DNA from: Rhizophagus irregularis
Lineage: Eukaryota
Reading direction: 5' to 3'
Length of the DNA: 64,000 nt
Assembly: GCF_026210795.1 (NCBI RefSeq)
Contig: NC_089430.1
Span: 1,798,001-1,862,000 of the forward strand
Under the pieces are notes generated by a model. It was given only the letters and a program-made list of their open reading frames with translations, did not search any database and was not told the origin of the DNA. Shown here in pieces: positions 40,080 through 53,264 of this stretch (within the stretch, counting starts at the first letter, position 1; every line of letters begins with the position of its first letter). The position numbers were made by a program, and so were the translations under genes.

Positions 40080-40640
40080 AAACTGTTGAAATTCATAATC
40101 CTTCTAAGGAATCAATATTCTGATGTTGAACGAAGTTATACTTACGATATTATTAAAGAAGGGAATTATTCGCCCGCTATTTGTCTTAAATATACAAAAG
40201 GTCAAAAAGGTTTCGAGTTCCTGATAATTATGAAATTAAAGGAAGTTCGAGAAACCAAATATGTGGGAAAACAATCCACTTTATTGGATATATTATGGAG
40301 ATAAATTTCAGTATCATGTAAAGTCGGAAAAATTAGGCTCAAATGCAGCATGTTTATACGCTAAGGTATAAACAGAAATTAATATTAAGAGAATATTAAA
40401 AATTTTATTAATGTAAATATAAAATTTTTATAATAGGCCTTAAATCCAGAAATTAAAACATGATACATTTTTTAGTCTTCATTTGAAATATTTGAGCAAA
40501 CAAGAAATATTCATCAACAAGAAACTGTCTTAAAATCATCTGATAATTTAACTTAAACTGGACAGAAAAAACCACAAAGTCTATATCTACAATATTTGAT
40601 CAAGCAGCAGCTAAAGATTGTCATTCAGATGATAATCTTA
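40080..40640 (+). pseudogene. Degraded fragment of an uncharacterised multicopy (probably TE-associated) gene
   Basis: Coding-like RSYTYDIIKEGNYSP..LKYTK..VPDNYEI across frameshifts, plus a GT..AG intron-like segment. Confidence 0.35.
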
Positions 40641-41644
40641 GCCTGATTAAAATCTATTGAATTTGATATTAGTATATTGAGAACAATTTTATTTATTATA
40701 GATTAAGATTTTGCTTATAATCCAGTTTATTGAAGAACCAGTCTATCGAAATTCACTTAAATATAGTTTACATCTTTAGAAATAATAAACCCTTAGTTTT
40801 AAATAGCTATTCGGTTTAAACCTTTTGTTACTCCTAATTATTAATTAAAAAATATGCATTTTACTATGAAAATTGTTGTAAGCCGGAACGAGTGGTTGGA
40901 ATTGATTGATTAATTAATCGATTAAAGGTACAGTGTATATTGATCATTTTTCATAAGTGCGCAGTGGCAAACAAGGTCCCAAACTAGTTTTCTGACATAT
41001 AATAATATGACACGTAAATATAAAACTTATCGAAAAATAAAATGAGTTGAAGTATTATTCTCCCAATATCACGATCACGATAATATTTTCAAATAAAAAT
41101 AAAAGACAATATTTTATGATTGTGTGAACATAATAAATTTGTTTATACTTACTGCTAAACAATTACTCTTCCGTTCTTTTCCTGTCAAGACAATTGGCCG
41201 AAATAAGAAAAGGCCTCAGTAAGTTAAAGAAATATTGTTAAAGAAAACTAAATAATAAAAACATGTGGAAATGGAAAGTAATATTGAAATATTTTATGAA
41301 ATGAGGTAAATGTGTGTGAAAAATTATTCTTATTAAAATTTATTAATGAAAAAGAAAAAGGGAGCGAAATTTAACACAAAATATATTTGAAAAATAATTC
41401 TAAATGAAATTTTTAATGAAAACAGAAAAAGGAAGTGAAACTGGATGTAATTTAACAATAATACGTGTATTAAATGAGAATCAACGAAATGTTTAAATGA
41501 GATAAAAATCAACTCGAAACTACACGAACTACAAACATATACAAGTTAGCACCAGCTTACTATTATGAGAATAATGATGGCAGAAAAGCAAAATGTAACA
41601 AAGTACTTTGGCCAACTTTATTATTTATAATTATTATATTACTA

Positions 41645-42596
41645 TGGGCCGGTGCAAAAAGATTCGTACTTCAACAAAATGCCAATAAAAAAATTTTTAT
41701 TATATAAATGTTTATTTATTTAATTTGAATTGATATATGTTTGGGAAATATAAAAATATAAGTGTAAGATTAAATTGTGTATTATCAATTAAAATTACTA
41801 TAACCACTAAATTTTTATTGATTAATTGTGCATTTTTTATATTATATTTAAAGTATTCTTTAACATATTTAAATGCCATTATCTAAAATTTAATTAAAAC
41901 TTATGAAATTTTTTTTTTTAAACGAATTTAATAATGTATCATGAATGGATAAATATTTTGAATGAGAACTTAAACTTACAATTTTACACTTTACAACTAT
42001 TTAAAAACCTTCAATTAGTTAAAGTTTGTGGTAATAAGTAGAGATAAAAATTTTTTTGATAATTATAGTATTTTGCTATTTTAGAACAAGAAAATAAATG
42101 CTTTTTCTTTGTTTATTTAAATTAATTTTAAAAATTCTGATATTTTCCATTTATTAAAAAGGAAATATTGTAAATTATTAGACAGTTTATTATTTATTTG
42201 CGTTTTATATGTAAAGTTTTAGCATGAATATACTGCTGCTATACCTTATTTAATTTGATATCATAATTTTAATTGTACTTTTAGTAATTCCCAATGCTTC
42301 AGCAGTTTGCTTGCGTAATATGAACATCAGATGGCTCATCCTCATAAAATTAATTTAAAAAGTGTAATTGCAATCATTAATTATTACTATTTTTTTGTTA
42401 TATTTTAACAGTATTCTATTTTATTTTAAAAAAGAAAAAAGGATGGTATAAGAAAGAAAATTAAAAATCAAGTACTTTTAGTTATTATTTATCAAATATA
42501 TGAATTTCAGACCGTTATATTTTGTTGTGCAATATTTTACCTTAATGTAAATCTTATCTATTTTTAGTGAGGTACGAATCTTTTTGCACCGGCCCA
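41645..42596. mobile_element. Internally deleted Tc1/IS630-like transposon
   Basis: TIR tgggccggtgcaaaaagattcgtac with TA flanks; minus-strand remnant LRKQTAEALGITKSTI (HTH-like) at ~42270-42320. Confidence 0.75.
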
Positions 42597-42888
42597 TATT
42601 AATGTTAATGAATTTAATTAAATATGACTAATGATTAATGACATGCGAAGTATATGTATATGATCATTATGTGATCACCAATTTCCGGATAACATAAATA
42701 ATCTACATATCATAATAAGCTAAAAAATAAAATATTAGTTATTATTTCTGCTATTAACTTAACCATACCATATCACCATTATTATTATTTTAATACCAAA
42801 CTTACAAAATTTGTGTTCTTTTGTTTTGTTAAAATCAATCATATGAATTTAATCTAAATAAAATAATTGATCCTTAGAAAAATAATAT

Positions 42889-43662
42889 TAAACAAGTTAA
42901 CATTAAACATGGCAGGGAGCTATAGTCATAGTATAATTAGAACTGTAATAATTCCAACTTTTTTTAATTAAGTTGGTTTATACTACCATACAGTATCATA
43001 ATTATGTTATATAATTTTTAAGATTTAAAGAGAATTTCTAAATTTTAACTGGTGGAAAAATTACTGGTAGATCATGTGATTGTATATTAAATATTCACGT
43101 GATTTATTATAACAATGCAATTTCATTTGCTCACTTCGCTCACTAGGTTTTTCTAGCTAAACCATAATTTTCATTTTATTTGCAAAATTTTTTATTATAT
43201 TTAACATATCTATAAAAAAAAATGAGAAATTACTCTTAACTAGCTATTAACATAATTTTTTTTATCATTTGGTAAAGGATGATCATTTTCGGTTGTTAAT
43301 CATTTTTGGCTTAGTTATTTCACTTGTTAATTATTTTAAGGTTAATTATCTGATTGTTGATGATTTGCTAAAAATTTTATCCCACAATATTTTAGCAAGA
43401 AAGGACATTCTATAAAAGTGCAATATGACCTTATGGATGGGTGGGTGGCGCGTCATGTTATTGTAATGACTTGAAATGATTGACATGTCATGATAGATTA
43501 ACATTAACTTAACGTTAACATAAGATTAGTTTTTGAGTGATTTCCATTTCAAGATGCTGATCCCCCATCTTTGGTATTGATTTGCTGATTATATAAATAC
43601 ATTTCAAATCAAGCTTTTCTATTTTAGTACGATCGGCAATCAACAAATCTTTTAGTATTTTA
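42889..43662. repeat. Copy B of the inverted duplication; lacks 6199-7755 of copy A
   Basis: Reverse-complement match to 7756-8245 and 5896-6198, with the junction near 43360. Confidence 0.85.
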
Positions 43663-44149
43663 ATAATATAATATATTTTTTTCATGTTAATTGTGACACT
43701 ATTGTGACTGTGACTACAAAAACTTTTGATTCAGGATTATTTATATCAATGTGTCAGCTCAAATAATACTGCATAATTAATATGAACTATCAATGCAATT
43801 ATTACCATCAATATGTCATTAAGCCTGCAAATATATATATAAATGATATACCCACCTTTCATTATTTCACTTATTATTTCAATTAAATTACTATTTTATA
43901 TTCTTTCTTTCTTTATTAACTACCTTCAACTACATTTTGAATAATTCATTATTTACCCTACTCTCTTAACAATTTGAATCTAATCAAAATGAGCAATTAT
44001 CCTGACCAAAATAGTAAATCCAATGAAAAGTACTTTAATTTGTAATATTTCTTTTCAAAGATACTTAGTTATATTAACCAATCTCTATTTAGTTCTAATT
44101 GAATATTTAAAAGAATGAGGTAGTAAATCATCATATTGTGGATTTTTGA

Positions 44150-45520
44150 ATTTTAACAGTGATTTCATCCTGCTTCAATATCACCTACAGACATGTGTGA
44201 TAATCTTGATACCGTTTGGCTTTATCACTTTCTAAGTGAGACAAAATCTCTGTTTAATCAGAAAACTTATGTAGTAATAAAAAATAAGGTGTGTTATTTT
44301 ATTTTGCAGCGTTAGGGTAACTCCTAAGTTGGATGCGTTTTGACTTAGGAGAATTACTGATCTTGACATCTTTGGTAACCAATCCATTATCTCATTTTGG
44401 GCACCCTAATTTTGTAGTTGATACAAGTCTGCTAATTCTGGAGGAGGAATTGGCTATGTACCTTCTTTTATCACTAAATAAATTTTAATGCACTACTAAT
44501 AATTTCTTTCTTATAATAGGCAAATGAAGAACAATATTGTTTTACAAATTATTTCAAAAATTTTGGCAAAGAATTATTAGGGAACATAATAAAAAAGAAA
44601 ATTGTTGTATCTTACTCAAATGAAACATCTGAAGTTTCACAATCAGATTCAAATAAAACTAATAAGAATACTGAAAAAATTACTCTTTAAGTTAAACAAA
44701 AAGGAGAACTGAAAAGCGTAAGAGATGATAATGCTGATACAGAAATTCATCTAATGGTAGTAAATTGTAATATTTCTTTTGTATTTATAAATATATTATT
44801 AAATAATATTTGATAATTATTTACTAGAATACAAGAAAAAACAAAGCCAAATTCCAAGACAAAATATAAGAATAACCTAGTATTTAGACAAGTTGATGAT
44901 AATGCACTTCTTGTTGCCTCAAGTATATATATGAAAGTTTTATTGCAGATAATATCATACCTTTTATTAAAATTCTTAAAGGCTTCTCTTCAAGATCACA
45001 AATGTCTCTATCATCAGCAAATGAACCTGTACTTCAAGCAATTATAAAAAAACTTATTCCATTAAAGTATTGTATTTCAGAACTTTCATTAGTAATGAAT
45101 GGTAAAAAGCTAAATGGCTCAGGTCATTTTAGTTATTCAAATATTTTTATTTTAAGTAAAGGATAATAATATTATTTTAGAATTAAAGTATATCTTATTA
45201 ATTGAACTTATTAATAGTAATCAGAAAAATAATTTTGGTGCAAATGAACTTAAAAATCTAGATAAAATACTTGAAAATGAAAATGAAGAATCTGTATTAA
45301 AAAGATCATATACATATTGGTCAAAGGAAGATAAAAAACAAATTTGACAACTACAGTATAGGTGAAACATTAAATATACATATATGAAAACAATTTCAAA
45401 AGGAAAAGCTATAAACTATTCTAGCTCTGGAGTATTTGATTGATTTAATAAAATTTTTGTGATTTTTTTAATAACAATAAATTGGCAATAACAATTATTA
45501 ACTTATAAAGTTAATAATTA
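44150..45520 (+). pseudogene. Degraded gene, probably of the AAA-ATPase / PD-(D/E)XK nuclease-like multicopy family
   Basis: Pieces ANEPVLQAII, YCISELSLVMNGKKLNGSGHFSYSNIFI, ILELKY, LDKILENENEESVLKRSYTYWSKE; many stops. Confidence 0.5.
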
Positions 45521-46141
45521 TTTATTAGTAAGATTTTTCCAGGAATACTAATACTACTAATAGGTAATAGATTACTTAATTAAGTTAATAAAACTTTTTT
45601 ATGAAATAGATTATGTTTAAATGAGATATATAAAAAAATTTCAAGATTTTTTTAATAACAATAGGCCAGTATGAGTGTGTTAAAATAACAAAATCTAAAC
45701 CTAATAAGTTAAAGGAATTTGTTATATTAGTAATTAATTTTCATTGCATTTTATAGAAATCTGCTAATGAAGTAACAACTAGCTATATATAATAAGATTT
45801 AAAATATTTAATTTAGTATATTATTGCATTTTTAACATACTGTAATGGTCTGGTCTAAATTTATTAAGTTTTGAAAATATTAATCTAGATTATGTTTTCT
45901 TTATTTATCTTTCTCTTTATTTTTTTTATTTATTTCTTATTTTTACTTAATTCTTAATACTTTGTTCACTTTTTCTATTTTATAATGCACATGGATTTAT
46001 GTTGGGGGAGTGGTATTGACTTATTAATTGAAGGTGAGAATTTTAGATGCCAGGCAAAAGATGATGTTGAACACAGCCTCAAAATTTAACCCTATACTAG
46101 ATCAACAAACTGACAGTCAAATCCTTTACAGTCACAATCAA

Positions 46142-47188
46142 CATCAGGAGGATAAAATAAGCGTAGATCTACAAAATAATACACATGTGAAAAACTACGC
46201 AAATCTACATCACTTGCGACGATATACGAGTGTGAAAATTTTAGAGAAATTTTCAATAGTATAAAATAGTGTATTTTTGAAAATGACGTAGTTTTTTAGT
46301 AGTAAAAAATAATGTAGTTACCTTAACATAAAATTTTCCTCTTTATAACCCCTCGTGTATTTTTCTGATATTTTCTTACAATTTTGTTGTTTTTTTTACT
46401 TACACTAAGAGTCAAATTCGATATTAATCATATTTTTATTTTTGCCTACACTAAGAGTCGAACTGAATACCTCAAGATAAATTATTAATATATAAAGTCT
46501 CGTTACCTAACCACTACACTATTTATTCTTTTTTTTAATTATTAACATTATATTTCATATTTATCTTAGAATAAAGACATGCTTAAACCTTCGTATTTAT
46601 TTTATATGATTTTAGTATTTGTGCAAATTCTTACACAACTTTCTTCAGATACAAAGTTTTTAAAATATTTTTAAACTGTATTTTGACATGCAGTTTATTT
46701 AAATTACATATTTACATAAATTTTTAAAGTGTATAATACTGAAGCTAACTATTTATGTAAATTTTACATAACTTTTTTAGATACAAACTTATTCAAAATA
46801 TTTTAAGCTACATTTTCATGTGTGGGTTATACAAAATCATGTATTTATGCAAATTTCTAAAGTGTAAATTACTGAAACTATCTACTAGCGTAGAATTTAC
46901 GAAACTTTTTAAGATACAAAATCAATAAAGTATTTTTCAAATTATTTTTATGTGTAGATTACTTAAAATCGAATATTTAAGAAATTATTTCAGAATGTAA
47001 AACTTCGAAACTACCTATTCATGAATAATTTATGGCACTTTTTAAGATATGCCTTATTAAATAACTATGTTTCAAGTGTAATTTATGCAAAACCGTATAT
47101 TTATAGATTTTTACGGGGTGTAAATTTCCAGAGATTATACATATTTGACAACTTTACGCTAATATTCGCCTCATATAATCTCCTGATG
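46142..47188. mobile_element. Putative non-autonomous DNA transposon with CATCAGGAG termini and an internal ~130 bp tandem repeat
   Basis: catcaggag at 46142 and ctcctgatg ending at 47188; four diverged units at 46620-47160; TSD only 5/8. Confidence 0.5.
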
Positions 47189-47249
47189 AATATCACCTTC
47201 TTTTTATGATAGAAATATTGATGCAAGAGCATGTCATGTGAAATATTGT

Positions 47250-48720
47250 TGGAATGGATTAAGATGGTGTGTGTAATAATTCTATGCAACATTAATAAAG
47301 AAATCAAGGTTTCGATCTTGTCCAAATTGAATTAAGAAGTTAATAATCTTACTAGTATCAAGATACTTGGAATTATCACAATTATCATTAAGGCCATTTG
47401 AAAGTTTCATAAGCTCTTGTGTAATACAATTTGTAATCTCCATCACTTTATCTCTAACTGTTACAGTACTTGATAGAACATTGTTCATACTTAACAGTTA
47501 TCAAATGTAGCAGAGAATAAAGGAGTTACAAAGATTATCCAATTCATCATGCCATCTTTAAGTTATACTATTTCAAATTTACATATGCTGTATCTGTCAC
47601 TACATATATATGGTAACCTTTCCTTTCTTGATTTCATGTGTTTAGATGTATTAGGGATTAAGTTATATTTGTTTATAAGGTATTGACAGAAGGATTAGGA
47701 TCAAAGAGTATTCCATATTCATCAATAACTATAAGTGTTTTTTCTTTTAGTTGCTTGAATAAATCATCCATTATGTTTGAAGCAGATACACCTTTTCTTC
47801 ATTTCCTCAGCATGGCTTAATAGAGACATCAATTAATTAAAATGATTCTTAGTTAAAATATCTTTATTTAGGTATATAGATTTCTTTTGCTATTTTAGCA
47901 TCATCTGGTTTTGCTAATTCATTTGCATCTAAAACATAAAGTAAAAGCCATCCTTTGGCAAATACTTTTGCAGCAAGAAACAATGCAAGATATGACTTGC
48001 CAACACCCATGGGACCAGATAAAACTCTTTTGATTGATCTACCACTGTCACTTGCAAGCATATTCCATATTTCTATTATTTGCTCCATTATTAAGAATGA
48101 CCTGCCCCAATAGTCTTCTCCATAACTCTTGGTCTCTTGATCAAGTGAAGGTTATAATATTTTGGCTAATTTGTAAATCTTTCAATAATTTCTCAAATTT
48201 ATTGCAGGATGCAGGTTTGAACTTTTCACTTGCAAGCATTGTGGATAAAATAGGTGGAAAGTCCACAAGTTCATATTTAGCAGTATAGTCCACTCAATTA
48301 TCTATGCGATGTTTCTTAGTAGGATTTCTATTAATAGTAGGCAATATTATGGGAAAAAAAGGTTCAGAAACAAACTCAAACATTCCCTTGTTCAAGAGGT
48401 AAACCATTGAGAGACACTTACCAGTAGTGGGCAGTAGTGGTTGTATAATAATATGGATTTTCTCCTCTGGAAGTTGACCATTAAAATATTTTCTAAACAG
48501 ATAATGAGGACTCATTTTTTTTCCTCCAAGTTTCTGTACAATATCAAAAACATCAACAACTTCTTCAACATCAACACACCAAAGATTCAGTTTGGAAGCA
48601 TCATTAGTGAGGTCTTTAAGTATATTATTTTCCTATTCCCAGGTCAAAATAGTAACATCAGTAAGTTTCTTGGACTTAGGATCCTTAAGGATTTTTTGTA
48701 AATGGGAAAGAGATTCCTTA
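47250..48720 (-). pseudogene. Crinkler (CRN)-like effector relic with a P-loop NTPase domain
   Basis: YFNGQLPEEKIHIIIQP (HVLV..P-type end of the CRN N-terminal domain), then VLSGPMGVGKSYLALFLAA Walker A; fragmented. Confidence 0.65.
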
Positions 48721-50239
48721 GGGTTCTTTATAAATTTTTCATTAAGGATTTATTATTAAATCCCTGTATTAAAAGAATTAAATAAATAACTTACTCTCTA
48801 TATTATTTAATAATTTTTTTAATAAAGTTAGTTAGTTCAATTATATGTAAAGTGGTGGGACTAAGATCTAGACGCCCACATTCCTGACAATGTCTAAATC
48901 TATTATCTATATACTTACAAATTTTACATATTAACAGTTATTTAGTTATCTATAGTTTTAATAATAAATCTTCACAAATTATTATTCAATGAGAAAAATA
49001 AAGCATAACATCTAATTGTTGTCAGTACCAGTAAAAATATCACTTCTCTTCACTTAAAGTGTGATAATTATAGAAATACCAATGTCTACTTATGAAGACA
49101 GAACAAAGGAAAAAGTTATTGAAGGTTCATAACATCGCCGATAATCATTCATTAGACGCGTAAAAATTTTATTAAATAAGTAGTTCTTAGTATTTTTAAA
49201 ATCATAATATTAACTATAAAGAAATGGTTTATAAAAGTAAAACTTTACCACAATAGAAACTTTATAAAAAATAAGTCTACCGTATAAGGCGTATATATTA
49301 TATACCATAAGAGTTACCAAAGTTTTTCTTATTCATACGAAGGTTTCTCAAAAAGTATTTTGTTTAATAAAACTTTGTAATACTTGTAAAATTTATATAT
49401 TTAGAAAGCTACGAACTGGACAATATTTACAACCTTAAAAAGTTTACATCATGCAGAAAATTCGTGTTCCTATTTGCCATATTGATCATATGAATTATCA
49501 CGTGATTTCTCATATCTTTAAAGGATATGAATGATAAAATTGTTGCATTAATTCTATCCTATAATTAGTAACTCATCATCTTATATCTGTATGTTCAATT
49601 CACATAATTCGAAATTATTATTGTCAAATCCTAATTTATAACTTGTTTAATGACAAGACTCAAATATCTCAAAATATCATTGACAAATCCACTTTTGAAG
49701 CAAATTTATTTTCTGATTCATTAATCACTAATGCGACTATATTTGTTCCTTTCAAGATTTTTTGCATAAATGTCATAATGGTTTCAACGTAGTGATCTTG
49801 GATATCTTTTTTTGTTTTTTTCTTCTCAGTATTTTGGCTTAAAACATATAAATCATCATTTGATTATTTCAGCTTTATTTTTATTTTTCATTTCTTTGTA
49901 TTTATGCCTTTGGTATATCCCTCTCTTTAGCCTTTGATGATCCTACCCTTGATCTTTGAGTATATCTTATTTTTAAGCTATGGCATTTTTGCTTAATTTT
50001 ACTCTTTAAATTGTTTGCATTTCTTTATTCGTTCTTTTATATTTCTTTTATTTTGTCTAGAAAGGTTTTAGTAAAAAAAGTATTATATTTTAAATTATAA
50101 ATCACATGCGTGACTATTAAAATAAGAGTTTCTATGATTGCATGGCAAATTGTTTATTTTAAATATTATGTGTGATACACGTTAATTCATCATTTTTGTT
50201 AAGAATTTAATTAACTAAATTAGATCATGTTAGAACAGT

Positions 50240-50268
50240 CCTGGTGCGAAGCAACAGGTGAATGCTAG
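50240..50268 (+). mobile_element. Helitron-type 3' terminus
   Basis: Hairpin cctggtgc-gaa-gcaacagg, a 6 nt spacer, then CTAG followed by T. Confidence 0.55.
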
Positions 50269-50466
50269 TTTAATGCTAAAATTTAGGTAACTTAAATAAA
50301 TCATGCTATATGAAAGAATGGCTCTTTCAAGTAGATTCCCGGAGGTAATCGTACTCAAGAACACTCTTTCACTGATTCTACCCAGATTGCATACTTGTAA
50401 ATATTTTTACATTTAAAACTTCATTTATATAATAGAATAAAATATTAGTTTACTAGCCCCCGTAGG

Positions 50467-50495
50467 ACCGGGAGTAGCCCCGGTTTGATAGCTAG
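50467..50495 (+). mobile_element. Second Helitron-type 3' terminus
   Basis: Hairpin accggg-agtagc-cccggt, a 7 nt spacer, then CTAG followed by T. Confidence 0.5.
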
Positions 50496-50529
50496 TGTTC
50501 TTAAAAATTTGTAAACCAATATAGTTTGT

Positions 50530-51500
50530 TATTTTTTTTTATATAACGAAATACTTTATTATTTATAAGATAAGAACATACAAAATTTATAAAATACATC
50601 TTGAGTTTGGTAATTAACTTAACTCACTCCATACAAAGTACAGTACATTACACATGTTTTAGGGGCGAGTCGTATAGGTGTAATCAATCTTTTATTAGTG
50701 CAAAACGAAAAAAAGAAATGCAAGTACTTTTACCATTAACAAATTTTTGTTTAGGCTAATTCTCAAAAATTAGCAGTAACGACAATTTCACATGTTGAAA
50801 CTGAGATGTGCGCACTTGGTTCTTTGTGTTATACTTTAAATTTTGATGTTACAGAACATTAGCACAACCGGTATCTATTATCTAAAATATAAAATTTTTA
50901 ATATTTTTAAATTGTTTAACCGTCTCAAATACAGTGACGTTGTAGTACCTTTACCTACTACCTTAAATTAGTCATATATTGTACATTCCATTTATGTTTA
51001 CTAACATCTAGTTCATTAATCTGAGTACTCATTACACCATTTCTAAAGTTTTCTAATTTAATTTTTTTAATATACCTGACTCCTCTATTTTATCATTCTT
51101 CCGATCTAGAAACCCTTTTTCTTTTATCCAATTTACCAATACCTTGAGACTTCTCAAAACTTACTACTTCCTCACATTATATTTTCCAAATTTTATCATA
51201 TATATTCATCAGAGATAAGTCACATATCTTCAACATACTTGAATCATCTAAATCTTGAAATTAATAAGTCTACGTGTTATTTCATATAATAAATTTTTTA
51301 AAGGAAACAATCTTGATTTTAAAGCCACTATGATATAAAATTACATTAACCGCATATTCCCACACTTTTATCTGAAGAAACAATTCCATATGTGGTCCCA
51401 CGATTCCGTTTCTTCGTTACACCTTACGCATTACGCCGATGATATTCCAAAAACTTTTCTTTGATACAATATTTCATATGTTTGATAATGATTAAAGAAA
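50530..51500 (-). mobile_element. Decayed 3' part of a LINE-like retroelement
   Basis: Minus strand CVRCNEETESWDHIWNC (zf-RVT-like CCHC) at ~51380-51430. Confidence 0.55.
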
Positions 51501-51919
51501 AATTTTGGTTCTAAAGGCTCTAATTTGAGTATCAATAGTTTGTTATTTAAAATTTATAGTGCTATTAAAGTAAAATAATATAAATGTCGGTATGCCACAA
51601 TTTGTCCCGTGATCAGCGCGTACCGTTTTTATTGGTGTATATTGCAGGGCACCGATCAAAGCAGGGGGAGGCGATCACCGGGTCACCTTATTCATCACGT
51701 GATATACACGTGATCGCGACACATGCCCTTCATTTTACTAGTGGCGCAGACTCCCGAAATATATATAGTTGTGATAACAAAAAATTTTACAGCATTTTCC
51801 TTTTTAGAGCACTAATAATAATAAATACTTTTCAAATTCGAAGAAACTAGTATAAAATCCAGGGTCATTTCACTTTCCATTATTAAAGTGTTATTGTTGC
51901 AAACTTCATAAAAATAAAT

Positions 51920-52040
51920 AATAAGTTTTTTCCTTTTTTATCAATAACAATAATAATAGGGTTTTTTTTCCTTTTATCAATAACAATAATAATAGGGGGA
52001 TTTTCCTTTTTTATCAATAACAATAATAATGGGGGTTTTG
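51920..52040. repeat. Tandem repeat, ~37-40 bp x3
   Basis: ttttccttttt(t)atcaataacaataataat(a)gggg. Confidence 0.75.
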
Positions 52041-52599
52041 ACCTCTGCACGACATCCTCTTATATGTAACACAACGATTTTGACTGGTCACCACATGCAC
52101 ACATGGCGTAATGTAAGTGTACTTTATTTTTTTTTCCTTAGAAATTTTCAAATTGTCAATTTAGTTTTTAGGTAAAAAAAAAAACTTATCTCATGCTTTT
52201 TTATACTATTTTTTATTAATTCTGATAGTTTGATTTAATAATTTTGATTAACCTCAACGAAAAAAAAATTAATAAATTTTATTTAATTTTGTGAGAAATA
52301 AATTCCTTTGATTCCTTCTTATCTTCTCTAAAAAAAAAATAATTTATGTTTGTAAAACTAGGGTTAATAAAAGATCTTGAAAATTTTTTTTTTTAAAATG
52401 TGAAAGGGTATAAAGTAATAAATAAGAATTTGTATTCAAAATGGTTGTACATTTGCCGTTTGAATTAACTACGAGTATTTTTTTATAAAGTTCCAATTAT
52501 ATTTAAGATATTCGAACTTTATCATTAAACAGATTTTGCCATCTAAATTAAATTTAAGGATTTGCGAAATTTTTGAATGCGAAGGAACGATATCGGAAG

Positions 52600-52860
52600 A
52601 GAATTAAGCGTAATTATTAAGCTACGAAATTTTTTTAAAAAAAATATATACACAAGTGAAGAGTCTATTAGAAGGGAGTTAAATGTAGTTATTATGTTAC
52701 GAAATTGAAAAAAATCGAATAAACACAAGTGAAGAATCTATTAGAAGGGAGTAAAAGCTACGAAATTAAAAAAAAATCGAATAAACACTAATTATTAAGC
52801 TACGAAATTAAAAAATAATTCGAATAGACACAAGTAAAAGGTCTATTAAATATAATTATT
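52600..52860. repeat. Diverged tandem repeat downstream of an orphan gene
   Basis: Repeated tacgaaatt..aaaaaatcgaataaacacaagtgaag..tctattagaagggagt. Confidence 0.65.
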
Positions 52861-52871
52861 CAGTAAAAACT

Positions 52872-53264
52872 TTAATAGAAATCAGTTCCATTAAAGAATT
52901 GGAATTCGAATAAATTGGTGGTTGTGTTTTGTCTTGGCAACTGTCTAATTTGTCTAATAAAATTTAATCTAGATGTATTACTTTTTAGTTGTCGTTGAAT
53001 TCGACGTTTACGAATACGATCTGGTATATATGATGACACAGGAGACAGTTTTTCCATTTGTCTTCCGCAACCAATTGATAGACATCTACGCCTCCATAAA
53101 TCGTCCTTCATATGAATTAAATGTTTTTCTTCCGTGAGTAAAGCAGTTTCTTCTTCTTGTTGTTCGGGTCTTTGAGGTAGTAGTTTGGAATGTGAAGTAC
53201 CTTCATGTAGTTTTTCTTGATGTACATCAAGTTGTTTGCAAACCGTGACTGTTGGTTTGTCCAT
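52872..53264 (-). CDS. Hypothetical 130 aa protein with an Arg-rich stretch and C-terminal FQFFNG motif
   Basis: ATG in aaaATGg context, coding-like composition, C-terminus similar to the 58008-58259 ORF. Confidence 0.6.
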   Translation of the reverse strand: MDKPTVTVCKQLDVHQEKLHEGTSHSKLLPQRPEQQEEETALLTEEKHLIHMKDDLWRRRCLSIGCGRQMEKLSPVSSYIPDRIRKRRIQRQLKSNTSRLNFIRQIRQLPRQNTTTNLFEFQFFNGTDFY

